Source of the DNA: Octopus bimaculoides
Taxonomy: Eukaryota
Assembly: GCF_001194135.2 (NCBI RefSeq)
Contig: NC_068981.1
Span: forward strand, 162,187,758-162,247,628
Reading direction: 5' to 3'
Length of the DNA: 59,871 nucleotides
The notes under the pieces were generated by a model, which was not told the origin of the DNA, did not search any database, and was given only the letters and a program-made list of their open reading frames with translations. Below, one piece after another: positions 49,345-59,871 of the stretch (its first letter is position 1; each line of letters starts with the position of its first letter). A program made the translations under genes and the position numbers.

Positions 49345-49830
49345 CATAGTTTGTCTACCCTATGTGAAAGGCTTCTCTGAAAAGATACAAAAGATATGCG
49401 GCCCATATGACATCGGGAAAGTATTCAAAAGTAATACAACACTTCGCAAATATTTTCTTTGAGTAAAACCACCAATAGAAGAGAATATGACCAAGAACTG
49501 CATGTACTCCATCCCATGCAGCTGTGGTAGGTTATACAAATGCAAAACATACCGCCCTCTCAAAATAAGGGTAGAGGAACATCGCAAAGCTGTGACACAG
49601 GGAGACATTGATAAATCGAGTATAGCTGATCATATATGGAAAAATGGAGACCACCTCCCCCTGTGGGATGAAGTTAAAATAATAGACAGAGAACACCACT
49701 GGAAAATATGAAAACTAAAAGAAGCAGCACATATGCTAGAATACAACAACCTCCTAAGCTGACTGAGTGCAGATATAAGTAGCATATGGGAACCAGTATT
49801 AAGGAAGGATAGGAGAATATTAGATTTATA
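49345..49830 (+). pseudogene. Penelope-like element ORF C-terminus with GIY-YIG endonuclease (inactivated)
   Basis: LPYVKGFSEKIQKICGPYDIGKVFKSNTTLRKYFL*VKPP...KNCMYSIPCSCGRLYKCKTYRPLKIRVEEH...SSIADHIW...WDEVKIIDREHHWKI*KLKEAAHM is read in one frame with three TGA stops consistent with CGA deamination. Confidence 0.9.
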
Positions 49831-49849
49831 AGCCCTAAATTCACTCCAT

Positions 49850-50030
49850 AATTGCCCATGGGCATATGGTGTAGTGGTTAAGAGCGCGGGCTATTAACCC
49901 CAAATTAACCCCAAGATTCCGAGTTCGATTCCTAGCAGTGACTTGAATAATAAAATCAAAAAATACCTTAGGAATGAGAACTCGGGTTCGAAATTTCCCC
50001 AAGGCACCTGATGAAGGCTGGAGGGTTACA
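49850..50030 (+). mobile_element. tRNA head + hammerhead module at the PLE 3' end (truncated)
   Basis: ggtgtagtggttaagagcgcgggct...gagttcgattcc...ccccaaggcac-CTGATGA-aggctggagggt is homologous to 17663-17830 and is cut before GAAA by a downstream microsatellite and SINE. Confidence 0.8.
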
Positions 50031-50046
50031 CACACACACACAAACA

Positions 50047-50430
50047 CGTGGTAAGCAGCTTGCTTACAAACCACATGGTTCTGGGTTCAGTTCCACTGCG
50101 TGGCACCTTGGGTAAGTGTCTTCTACTATAGCCTCGGGCCGACCAAAGCTTTGTGAGTGTTGATTTGGTAGACGGAAACTGAAAGAAGCCCATCACATAC
50201 ATGTATATATATATATGTGTGTTGTGTGTTTGTGTTTGTGTTTGTGTGTCTGTGTTTGTCCCCCCAGCATGTGTGTTTATGTCCCCGTAACTTAGCGGTT
50301 CGGCAAAAGAACCGATAGAATAAGTACTAGGCTTACAAAGAATAAGTCCTGGGGTCGATTTGCTCAACTAAAAGGGGTGCTCCAGCATGGCCACAGTCAA
50401 AAGACTGAAACAAGTAAAAGAGTAAAGAGA
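50047..50430 (+). mobile_element. SINE family A copy
   Basis: Head, internal TA/TG tract and tail are present. Confidence 0.85.
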
Positions 50431-50459
50431 GAGAGAGATATATTCATATATTCATACAT

Positions 50460-50625
50460 AATTGTGATTGCTACATCTTCACAGATGATTGCTTCCTCAT
50501 TGTCAACAGCATTCCTGACTTCATATCTATGACTTCTCAGATGACTATTTAGTCCTGTTGCAGTTCTGTGAACTTCCACTGGTTAGGTCTGCACATGTCA
50601 CCACTTTTCCATTACCATAGGATTT
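50460..50625 (-). mobile_element. RTE-type LINE extreme 3' end
   Basis: RTATGLNSHLRSHR resembles the terminal C2H2-like motif of RTE ORFs and is followed by a short 3' UTR. Confidence 0.45.
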
Positions 50626-51184
50626 TCGTTAGATACAATGATAAATAAAGTCACCATAAAAGAGATATCTATATGTCATTGGATTATAGTGATAAACACT
50701 TGTACAACAAGAGAACCACTGTATTAGTCTTGTGATTACTTCCTAGTGATAGGCTGAAGTGAGATGACCAGTCATCACATGAAACTGTAGGTTTTACATC
50801 AGTGGCCCTTTCCTGGAAGGGCAATGTGACAACAGCTAGGGGTCCCTCACTACCAGTAATTTTACTGCATTCCCTGACACAAACCAAAGATATTTCTGTG
50901 TTCTTATAGTCAGATGGACTGTCATCACATGTACTAGTAAATCCATAGCTGGGACCTTGACAGGTGCTACTACTTGTGGCCAAAGTAGCCCTCAGAACAA
51001 TAATGGCTAAGAGATGATTCCACACTCGTTAGAACCTGGAACTCCTGAAACAGAGCCCTACCACAAGATGCAGTTTAAAGCTATACCCAGGACACACACA
51101 TATACATACATACATACATACATATATACATACATTCGTTTTGTAACCCTCTTTCATACAATGTTTTGTATTGTATGTATATGC

Positions 51185-52095
51185 AAAAGGATTATTCTTT
51201 TCCTACAGTAGTTTTGTTTTTATTCCATGCTCTCACTGCATTATCAACACTGTCAAACACAACTGTGTGCACTTTGGATAAACACAGCATTTACATTATC
51301 TATTGAATTGAAAGTACTCTACATATTACATATCTGGTGTATAATACTGGGATATGAGTTATGTATTTGTTTATATGGTTTTTCATAATTCCCAGTGCAC
51401 TTACTTATTATAGGGATTTCTTTTAGCCCTCACAGTCTTGTTATCTCAATTTCTAAATCGTTATGTTTGGAAGATTTCTCCACTTATTTTAGAGATACAT
51501 CATTGCCTGTTGGCACTGATGTTTTGATTAGGAAGCACTTTTTTCTTTTCTGATGGTTATTGATATCAACATCCAGTCAATTATTCTTGATTTTTCACGA
51601 CACCATGGATTGGTATATTCCAGAACATTACTACTTTATCATTTTCTGAGACGTGTTCTGATATATATTCACCACCAATTTATTTTCCCTTGATATTCCA
51701 TAATGCTAACCAAAATTACGAGGGGGTACTGAAAGGTTCCTGGTTTTGAGTAAAACAAAATACAGAAGAATCAGTTAATTATGATTTTATTCAACATATT
51801 CTCCTCTCAGATTCACACACTTATGGCAGTGGTTCTTCAGTTTTTCAAAGTCCTGTAAAGGAACTTGGAAAGGTGGGCCTCCGTCCAGGCCTTTCGTGAT
51901 ATCCTTAAAGACAGGAACTTTTCAGCATCTTCATGTATAGTGTTTGAAAACCTACAACTCTGTTGTGTATGTCAATGTATTATTTCTTGGAAAAGACTGA
52001 GGGATCAGAGGCAAAGTGTCTAACCATTTCTTTCCTAACTCCAGATATTCTACAGGTAATTAATATAGTCTTACTTACTATGTACCTAAGCATTT
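51185..52095 (-). mobile_element. R4/Dong-like LINE, CCHC + RLE part
   Basis: Degenerate CRISG...(CCHC), YIDIHNRV, ENDKVVMFWNIP, KKCFLIKTSVPTGNDVSLK and DLEIEITRL; interrupted by a mariner MITE. Confidence 0.65.
51718..51936. mobile_element. mariner-derived MITE
   Basis: Termini tacgagggggtactgaaaggttcctg / caggaacttttcagcatcttcatgta. Confidence 0.75.
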
Positions 52096-52420
52096 TACTC
52101 TCTGTGGAGCATAGGCTATCAACAACTGTTCCCCACTGTTCTTGACTCTTGGCTGACATTTCTACTTCTTTTCAGCTAGATCCCTGCTTTTTCAACTCTG
52201 CCCCAGTATCCTGCCCATATGTTTTCCTGAGGGAAAGCCTTCCATTCCTAGGACTTGGGTGAATTTTCATTGATGCCTTTGTAATTTTGCTTTTTTCTAG
52301 GTAGTGGTGTTGATCCCGATGTAAACCCATCTTTTACTCCTGGGAAGAAGTGGTCCATGTTAGTCTGGCCTGTTTTTCAACTGTCCAGCATCGGATAATG
52401 GGGGGGGGGGTCTTACTAGG
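52095..52420 (-). mobile_element. Short RTE-related element fragment
   Basis: The minus-strand end ...gttgatagcctatgctccacagagag resembles RTE 3' termini. Confidence 0.4.
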
Positions 52421-52426
52421 TGTTTA

Positions 52427-53338
52427 TTAAGTGGTGTCAAAAAGTTCCTTGACTAGTTATGTTTAATAAAAAAAATAACTTATTTGCCTAAATTTTAATA
52501 TTATCTCCTTTGAAATAGTAATCTTGCACAGCAACAGTCCTAACATTCCTGCCACTTTTGGAATTCATCCTGAAAGTCATTTTCCCTAAGTGAGTCAAGG
52601 ACCTTCTGCAATTTTCTCTTGACCTTGATAACGATCTTAAAACAGTGACCTTTGAGCTGCATTTTCATCTTTGGGAAGAGATGGAAGTCCACAGGTGCTA
52701 AATCTGGTAAATAGGGCAGGCGTGGAAGTGACACCATGCAATTTTTGGTGAGAAACTCACAAATGAAGAGAGCTCGGTAACAGGGTGTATTGTCATCATG
52801 AAGAATCAAATTTTTCATACTCCTCAGATTTGGTCACTTTTGCTGAATGACTTTAAAACATCATTGTTTTAAACACTTTAAAACATAATTGATTATCCTC
52901 CATCAAAACTGATGAATTTATTCCACATTTCTTGGGGTGAAGCTCTTGGCAGGTCTTCCAGAGTGTTCATCATCTTCCAGGTATGTTCTTCTGCTTTTGA
53001 AGCTCCTGTGCCACTCAAAACATTGCGTTTGACCAATTGCTTCATTGCTGCAATCTTGCCAAAGTATGCTCAATGTCTCTGTAACAGACTTCCCAAATTT
53101 AATGCAAAATTTCACATTGGCTCTTTATTCCAACTTCCTGTCCCTGGTAACATCGCAAACTCCAGCATACACATGATCACAAAACACAAATTCCACAATT
53201 TGCAATGTAAACACTGCAATGTCACTTGGCACACTGCCTCATAATGGTCACTTCTAGCTCTCACTGCGCATGCAACTGTGTGTTGCCATCTGTTGGGGCA
53301 CCACAGAATTAGTTCAGGACCATTTTGATATCACCTCA
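52427..53338 (-). mobile_element. mariner (DD34D) transposon, internally deleted
   Basis: Both TIRs with TA flanks. HTH region KFCIKFGKSVTET...FEWHRSFKSRRTYLEDDEHSGRP and catalytic region LHDDNTPCY...PYLPDLAPVDFHLFPKMKMQLKG. Confidence 0.9.
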
Positions 53339-53449
53339 TATACTCTGCTGGCTTAATTCTCAGGGTCATTGCAGCACTCAAACCACCACATCATAACAAG
53401 GGCTAGACCTTGTGGTAGTCTGTTTCATTAAATGCTTTTGGTGAGAAGA

Positions 53450-55010
53450 CTTCGATTTTGTGCTGAAATCAAGAATATTTCAGTCTCAGCTTTACATATT
53501 TTTTTGTATATTCATTTTCATTCTGTTTATTTATTTGGTTTTTTTTTGCTTTTTTTTCAGGTATTGGATACATGATAAATTTTTTTTACAATTACTTGTG
53601 ATGGCATACTGCAACTTCACCTTGAACCTTTTTACAATTTCAGTGGCTATTTCTTAATTTCTTTTTCAACACAATCTGTCATTTCAGCTTTTATTTAGTA
53701 TTTTTGGTGTCCTTTAAAGCAGAACAGTGTTTTTTTTTGTTTTTTTTTTGTATCCTTGCTTTTTCGCAGTTTGTATAGTTTTATTGAATATTTTTTACTT
53801 GATATATTTGTCTTATAGTGGGTATTTTCTAGTTTCTGGTTGCATAAGGCCCATACCACCTTGTAATTATGATAAATAATCTTTCAATGTCAGATTTTGG
53901 GAGAGGCAGTTATCATTTTCCTTGTTTTCCTGTCTAGACTTGTTAGTTTATTTAGCATCCAATTCTGAATTATAACTATAACTTATTATTCAGACATCTA
54001 GAGCATTAATGCTTATATTAGCTCTGTTTTAAATATTAATCTAATGTGTATACAATATACCTTCTTAATCTTTTCTTTCATTTATATCGTTCATTGTCTA
54101 ATGAAATGGGTTCTGAGCTTTCATTAGTCCTTGTTAGGTCTAATTCTCTAATCCCTGTTTCTTTATTTAGTATGAAATTAGTGTTGTTATTTTTTCTCTC
54201 TTCAACGTGACATTGATGCATTTTTCTCATGTCAATCTGACATAATTTTTTTATAATAAAGCCATATAATTTTTGCAACAATCACTCTAGTTATTTATCA
54301 TTTGCTGCCTACAATTCAAGGTCATCCATATACAAAAGGTGCAGCTACTGGGTAGAAAAGAAATAGAGAGAGGGAGCCCTCTTGGAATATTCCATTTCTA
54401 AATGGGATGGAGGTTAGTTTTTATAATTCCTACTTTTTGCAAGTATCTATACAATTATTTGCTATATACTTGATGTACCTACTTATTATTGCTGCTTACT
54501 CATGGCTAGTAACCCCTGGATCCATTAATGGGAACACTGTTAAAAGCTTTCTGGTAGTCAATCCATTCCATGCCATGTGCAGATATTTCATTCTTCTTCA
54601 TCCATCTTCAGCTTTGGCACTGATGATCAGTAATTGATCTTCACAACTATATAAGTTTTTGCAGCATCCATTCTATACTTCAGGAAACAACAGATTTTTT
54701 TCCAAATATTTATTCTCTGTGATTTTATGGTAGCTAAGGCTTTGTAAGCTTTAAGAATTCCTTGGAAGTCAGGCTATTTATCTGTAATACAGAAATTAAT
54801 TAAGCTCAGACCACTGGTAGAACACTTAGCACAAGATACAAACAAGGTCACTATGCTCTTCCATCAGACAATTTTGACACATTAATAAACAGAATTGCAT
54901 GCTCAACCTAGGGTACTCTAATTTTGGTACCAAGACAGGAAGGACAATAACAAGCATGCTGCTTCCTTCTGAGGATGGGATTTTGCACCTGAAATACAAA
55001 GGTTTTTGTA
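53450..55010 (-). mobile_element. R4/Dong-like LINE reverse transcriptase remnant
   Basis: Minus-strand fragments YPRLSMQF, EKNLLFPE...DQLLII, DYQKAFNSVP and HLLYMDDLEL (YMDD motif). Confidence 0.7.
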
Positions 55011-55901
55011 AAACTTTCTGCATTGTTGGAAGCTTTTTTATTTTCCTTTTCTTTTTCTACTTCTGTTCACAATGCTTCAAGCAAACTACAATGCTCTTAT
55101 ATACAAAATTAAATTAAATTTAGCTCTTGAAGCCAAGATGAACAAAATACAGGATGAAATTATGGAATACATTGAACAGTGAGGTCTATCAACAAGGAAA
55201 AGCAACTGGAGATGATTGTGTGAAGTACAATGCTAACATGAAAGTGAACTGGTAGTTTGACATTAGCCTTTGAACAAAGGAAGATGAAATGGAAGACAAA
55301 GTAAGTTGTAGTAAGTCAGAAGTCAAAATTAAAGAAGCAGGCCCATTTAGTGGAATAGAATCCAGGGAACCTTTGTAAAGGTATTGTGACAAGGTTAGAA
55401 CTGAACAGAGAAGGGGAAGAAGGAGGCTACAACAAGGAAGAAAAGATAGGAGAGAGAAAGAAAGGTGGAGAGAGAGAGAGGGGGAGAGAGAGAGAAGACA
55501 AAGCAAGTAGAGGTGGTTATTGAGAAATGCAGTAACGATTTTTCTATTTGATGAAGATTATCAAAATGAAGAGAAATTAATTAAGCATGGACTACAGGTA
55601 AAACATATATGACAAGATATAAGAAGGTTACTATACTCTTTCATTAGCTGTTGAATGCATGTCAAGGTCATTTCAGCATATCAATCAACAGACCTACACA
55701 CATATCTCAGCTCACCAGAGTTTTGGTGTTAACAGGAAAGCAACAAGTATACAAAATTATACAAAAAAATTAGCTCTTAAGACTTAGATAAACTAAATGC
55801 AGAATGATGTTACAAGACATGCTAAACAGTGGGAGTCTTTTAACAAGAAAAAGAAAAAGTATAGCCACAAACTGGAGACGATTGTGCAAGGTGTAATGCA
55901 C

Positions 55902-56756
55902 ATCTTTGTGGTTCTCGTCACTGCATGTCAAAATCTTTAAAAAAATTTTTAATGTATCATATAGATGTAATTTTTGATGCAGAATCTGAATTTGTTATTC
56001 ATTTATTCCAGAAAAATTTTTTGGAAATGTTACAGGTGTTCAAAGTTTCAGAATTTTCAGCCAATCAGAAAACAGCGTGTTCACTGCCTCTTCTATCATC
56101 TGTCACAGTAGCGAGAGGGGTGGGGGGCACTAGTATGTAAAATCATTAAACTAGCTTCAGTAAACAGTGAAAAACATTAAAAGATTCGCAAGCAAATGAA
56201 ATATCTAAAAGCTACGAGCAAACCAATAGAAGTTGCTAGAAATAACAGTCAAAACATTGCTTAAAGCAGAAATAAGTTTAAAAACTCAAGAACGAAAGTT
56301 TGCAATACATTCTAGGATTTTTTAAAATAAATTATCTTTCTCATATCTCCTTCTCTGCCGAATGGTGTGTCCCACACCAGCGTTTGTTTCCATGCTTTAA
56401 AGATGTCCAAGTACTCTCAATTTGTTGATTACACTCAATTTGGTGGTAACATTTCTTGTGTGCATGTACAGCATCTTTGGTTACTATAGAAATAAAGTTC
56501 TTCACAATCAGCTATGGAACACGTGCTGCTTCTTTGCTTAGTATGCTAACAGAATTTCACGGTGATGTGTAAAATACTTGCTTCTGATTGGCTAAAATAC
56601 CTGAATTTTGCAAATTTTAAAGGCTAATAACTTTTTAATTATGATTTTATAGGAAAAAGGAATTTCATAATTAGTATACAAAACTTAATTCATACACCAA
56701 ATTTGAAAACATTTGGAACAAACAAAATTGTAGATAGTGATGATAACCTCAAAGAT
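55902..56756. mobile_element. Non-autonomous DNA transposon with ~21-bp TIRs (superfamily unassigned)
   Basis: atctttgtggttctcgtcact / agtgatgataacctcaaagat, with inverted subterminal agccaatcag / ctgattggct motifs. Confidence 0.55.
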
Positions 56757-57049
56757 TCTGTAATGCTAATAGGAAAGTTAGTAGGTATTTGATCTGTAGT
56801 TTATTATTATTGTTGTTGTTGCAGTTGTTACTACTGTTGTTGTTGTTTCTTGCCCTGGCAAGATGTGTTTTTACAAGCTCAGAAGGCATTGGTTTATTAT
56901 TACATTCTTACTGAAGGGGAAATTTGTTTTTCCAGATTCTCTTGAAAGAGAACAATTTTGGAAGCCCCAGAGGTCTTTAAAAGTCTGATTCACTATATAT
57001 ATATATATATTACAGAATATTTCTGAATATATTTTTTTTTCTTTTTATA

Positions 57050-57430
57050 ATTGAGCTAAGTGAGTGTGGACTAAACATAGTCACAAAACGTGGCTCACAG
57101 GCCATATGCTTGATACCAGTGCCATAGAGGGTGTGCTATGTGGGTCATGCAGAGATTCAGTTGTATTATTTAAAAGAGCGCCTTGCACTGGATATGGGCA
57201 GCTCTAGCAAAGATATTTTTAAAACTGTGTAGAAGAATTTTGAGCCCTGGTATAGCTTTTATGTCTGGTTCATGTTCTTCTTTATCATAGCCAGTTTTTC
57301 CAATTATTATTGGTACTATTTTCACCTTTAAGCCCCCACATCCTGCTTATTTCAATTTCAAGATCTTTTTACTTTGACAGTTTCTCCACCTCCTTCCGGA
57401 TGATGTTTTGTTCAGAAGGGATTGAGATAA
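57050..57430 (-). mobile_element. RLE LINE 3' remnant
   Basis: PSEQNIIRKEVEKLSK*KDLEIEISRMWGLKVKIVPIIIG. Confidence 0.7.
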
Positions 57431-57751
57431 TTATTGGTTGTAGTTGCATTAAATTATGAAATAACCAACAACAGTTAATTTTTATCAAGATAACTTCAAT
57501 GAAAATGTAGCAACTTTTTATACTTCCTAGTTAAATACCAGTGGCCAATTTCTGACAAAAAGAAACAAAAAAAAAAAAAAGATTTGGTTTCTAATTTTTT
57601 CATTTTCTTTTCCTTCATATTTTAATTAGCTTCTCTGTTAAATGTATTACATCCATCAAGAGTTGTTTCAATGGCATCTAATGAATAGCTTGAAAGAGGA
57701 GCATATTTTATAAATTTTCTTTCTTAATATCTAAAGATCAGAACTCTGTTT

Positions 57752-58105
57752 CAAAACATCTGAAGTCCCTTGATACAAAATCCTTTTATGATATCAAAAC
57801 ACTTCACTATTTCAAAATAACTGAAAGTCCCTGGTTACAAATTTTCATCACTATTTCAAAATGGCCTTAACTTCCTGACTACAAAACTCCATCACTAAAT
57901 CAAAATGCTAAAAGTTTCTCTACACTTCATCAAAATACATCAAGTCCCTGGTTGCAAATCACTCCTTTTTATTAAAAATACTCCAAATCCCTGAGTATAA
58001 AACCTCTTGCATGTATCAAAACAGCCTAAAGTCCATAGATTATAAAAATCCTTTCTTTATAGCAAAATAATCTAACATATTTGGTTACAAAACCCCTTCA
58101 CTATA
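57752..58105. repeat. Degenerate ~43-44-bp minisatellite
   Basis: About 7 full and 2 partial units with approximate consensus caaaatacctaaagtccctggttacaaaatccttcactatat. Confidence 0.75.
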
Positions 58106-58109
58106 TTAA

Positions 58110-58334
58110 CCCTTTGAGCCCTGACCTGAACCAACATCAAAACAAGCCACATTCAACTCAGAAAGGCAGTGGACATGTTTTATCATTCTATAGTCGTGGG
58201 GTGAATAAGCATGCTGATTGAATAAAAATAAATCATCGTACTTTAGTGTAGATGCACTCCACCAGTAGAGTGGTGCTATGGTATAGAGAAAAATAAGCCA
58301 TCCACCGGTAAACTTGTGTTATGAGCTCAAAGAG
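58110..58334. mobile_element. piggyBac-type MITE
   Basis: TTAA-ccctttgagccc ... gagctcaaagag-TTAA (12-bp TIR with 2 mismatches, TTAA TSD). Confidence 0.7.
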
Positions 58335-59871
58335 TTAAAACATCTAAAACTGCGAGACACTCTTTTAAATAATATATTTTAAAATCTCCCTATTCTGTAT
58401 AAAATAAAAAAAAACCCTCATAAATGTCAAAAGCTAAAGTTTCCACTATGTCACTGTCTTACTGGGTACTAAATTTTAATTGCTGTGAGAAGTGGGTAAT
58501 TTTTAATCTCAGTAGGAATTATCCACCCTAAATGCATGTTTCTGCTGTACATATATGTTATAGAAGATTTTCAAATGGCTTGAGGAATCTTTTGACGAAA
58601 TTTTGTTTTATATGATTCTGTTTATTTCAAGATTGATGATGAAAAGAGAAGATTATTAAAAAATGAATGATTAAAAAACAGTAAGTTATGTCTAATCATC
58701 TCTGTCTAATATGATATGCTCAACTTTCTTTTGTGGCATAACTACACAAAGTCACTGAATGTTAAATTCATGCATTTGGTAGCCAATGCAGGCAGTGGGC
58801 ATTCATAATAACCATTTCAAATTTTGGCATGAGGCCAGCAATTTCAGGGGGAATGAATTAGTCGATTACACCAACCCCAGTATTTGACTGGTACTTTATT
58901 TTATCAAACCCAAAAGAATGAAAGGTAAAGTTGACCTCAGCAGAATTTGAACTCAGATCATAAGGAGCTGGAAAAAATGCTGCTAAGCATTTTGTTTGAC
59001 ATGTTAATAGTTCTGTCAGCTTTCTGCCTTAATAAATAATGGTTTTAAGTTTTAGCACAAGGCCAGCAATTTTTTAGGAAGAGGTGATTAGTTGATTTCA
59101 TGAACCTGAGTACTTAGCTGATACTTTATTTTATCAACACCAACAGAATAAAAGTTAAAGTTGACCTCAAAAAAAAGTAAAGAGCCAGAAGAAATGCCAT
59201 TCAGCATTTTGTTTGGCATGCTAATGATTCTGCTAGCTTGCCACCTTGGAATTTATTATAATAATGATAATAATATTCCACCATGGAATTTATGATAATA
59301 ATATTTTCTACCATAGACACAGAAATAATAATGCCAGGAAAACTACAATAGAATTAGGAGTTGATACTCACTGAAAACTCTTTTAAACTCAGCTATCAAC
59401 AACATCCAACCTACAAATGTTAGTGATTCACATTTTAACACAAGCTCACAGACATGCAAGCTGCTAATATTAAAGGAGTAATTAGAAGCCAATGGTTTTA
59501 TACCCATATCAGATAAGTTTACAAAGTGTGTTTCTATGACTGTATACTTAACATAATTAATGTAATGAAGCAAAAAGATTCTTAGACAATTGAAATTATA
59601 CCAGTAAAGTAAATGGAAAACAAAATGATATTAGGATTAATGACAATTGTTTCTAAAGAAAGGCAAAGGAGAAAATGTTTAAATTCAAATTGATTATATA
59701 TGAAATGGATACATACAATGGCAATTGAGTCTAATTTCTGATAAGTATGGTGACATTTCTGAACACGTTTCAGTCTTATTAGACTTCCTCTGCAAATTAT
59801 AATCTAACATGCAATTATCAAATCTTAGAATGACTGAGAGGATTTAGTGTTTTGGGTATAATTTTTTTTTT

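Noticed and set aside
52049-52059. 11-nt microexon candidate with strong splice signals
   Set aside because: It lies antisense to the CCHC region of a decayed LINE.
54793-54846. Exon candidate KLIKLRPLVEHLAQDTNK (also piggyBac-like wording)
   Set aside because: Antisense to the LINE RT remnant, weak donor, and no piggyBac motifs follow.
55123-55180. Exon candidate LEAKMNKIQDEIMEYIE
   Set aside because: It continues into KATGDDCV, resembling the KAPGPDG motif at the start of LINE RTs, so it is more likely retroelement debris.

Overview
This is AT-rich eukaryotic DNA from a gapped draft assembly (8 N-runs), saturated with microsatellites and decayed mobile elements. The SINE families and microsatellite density point to an octopus (cephalopod) genome; this is an inference from recalled repeat families. 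No intact, identifiable protein-coding gene, tRNA, rRNA or CRISPR array can be supported, and most ORFs in the track are microsatellite or N-gap artefacts. The window holds several tRNA-derived SINE families, Tc1/mariner (DD34D mariner and DD37D maT-like), hAT and piggyBac-type elements, and RLE-type (R4/Dong-like), RTE and L1/Tx1-like LINE remnants. It also holds Penelope-like element (PLE) remnants. The most interesting signal is RNA-level: about ten hammerhead-ribozyme (HHR)-like motifs, mostly at fold-back junctions. One module joins a tRNA-derived Pol III promoter to an HHR and occurs both solo (17567-17890) and fused to the end of a PLE GIY-YIG ORF (49850-50030), suggesting a Pol III-driven, ribozyme-bearing PLE-dependent element. 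A second family pairs tandem HHR-like motifs with a covarying multi-hairpin motif of unknown function. All structures were read by eye and none were computed.
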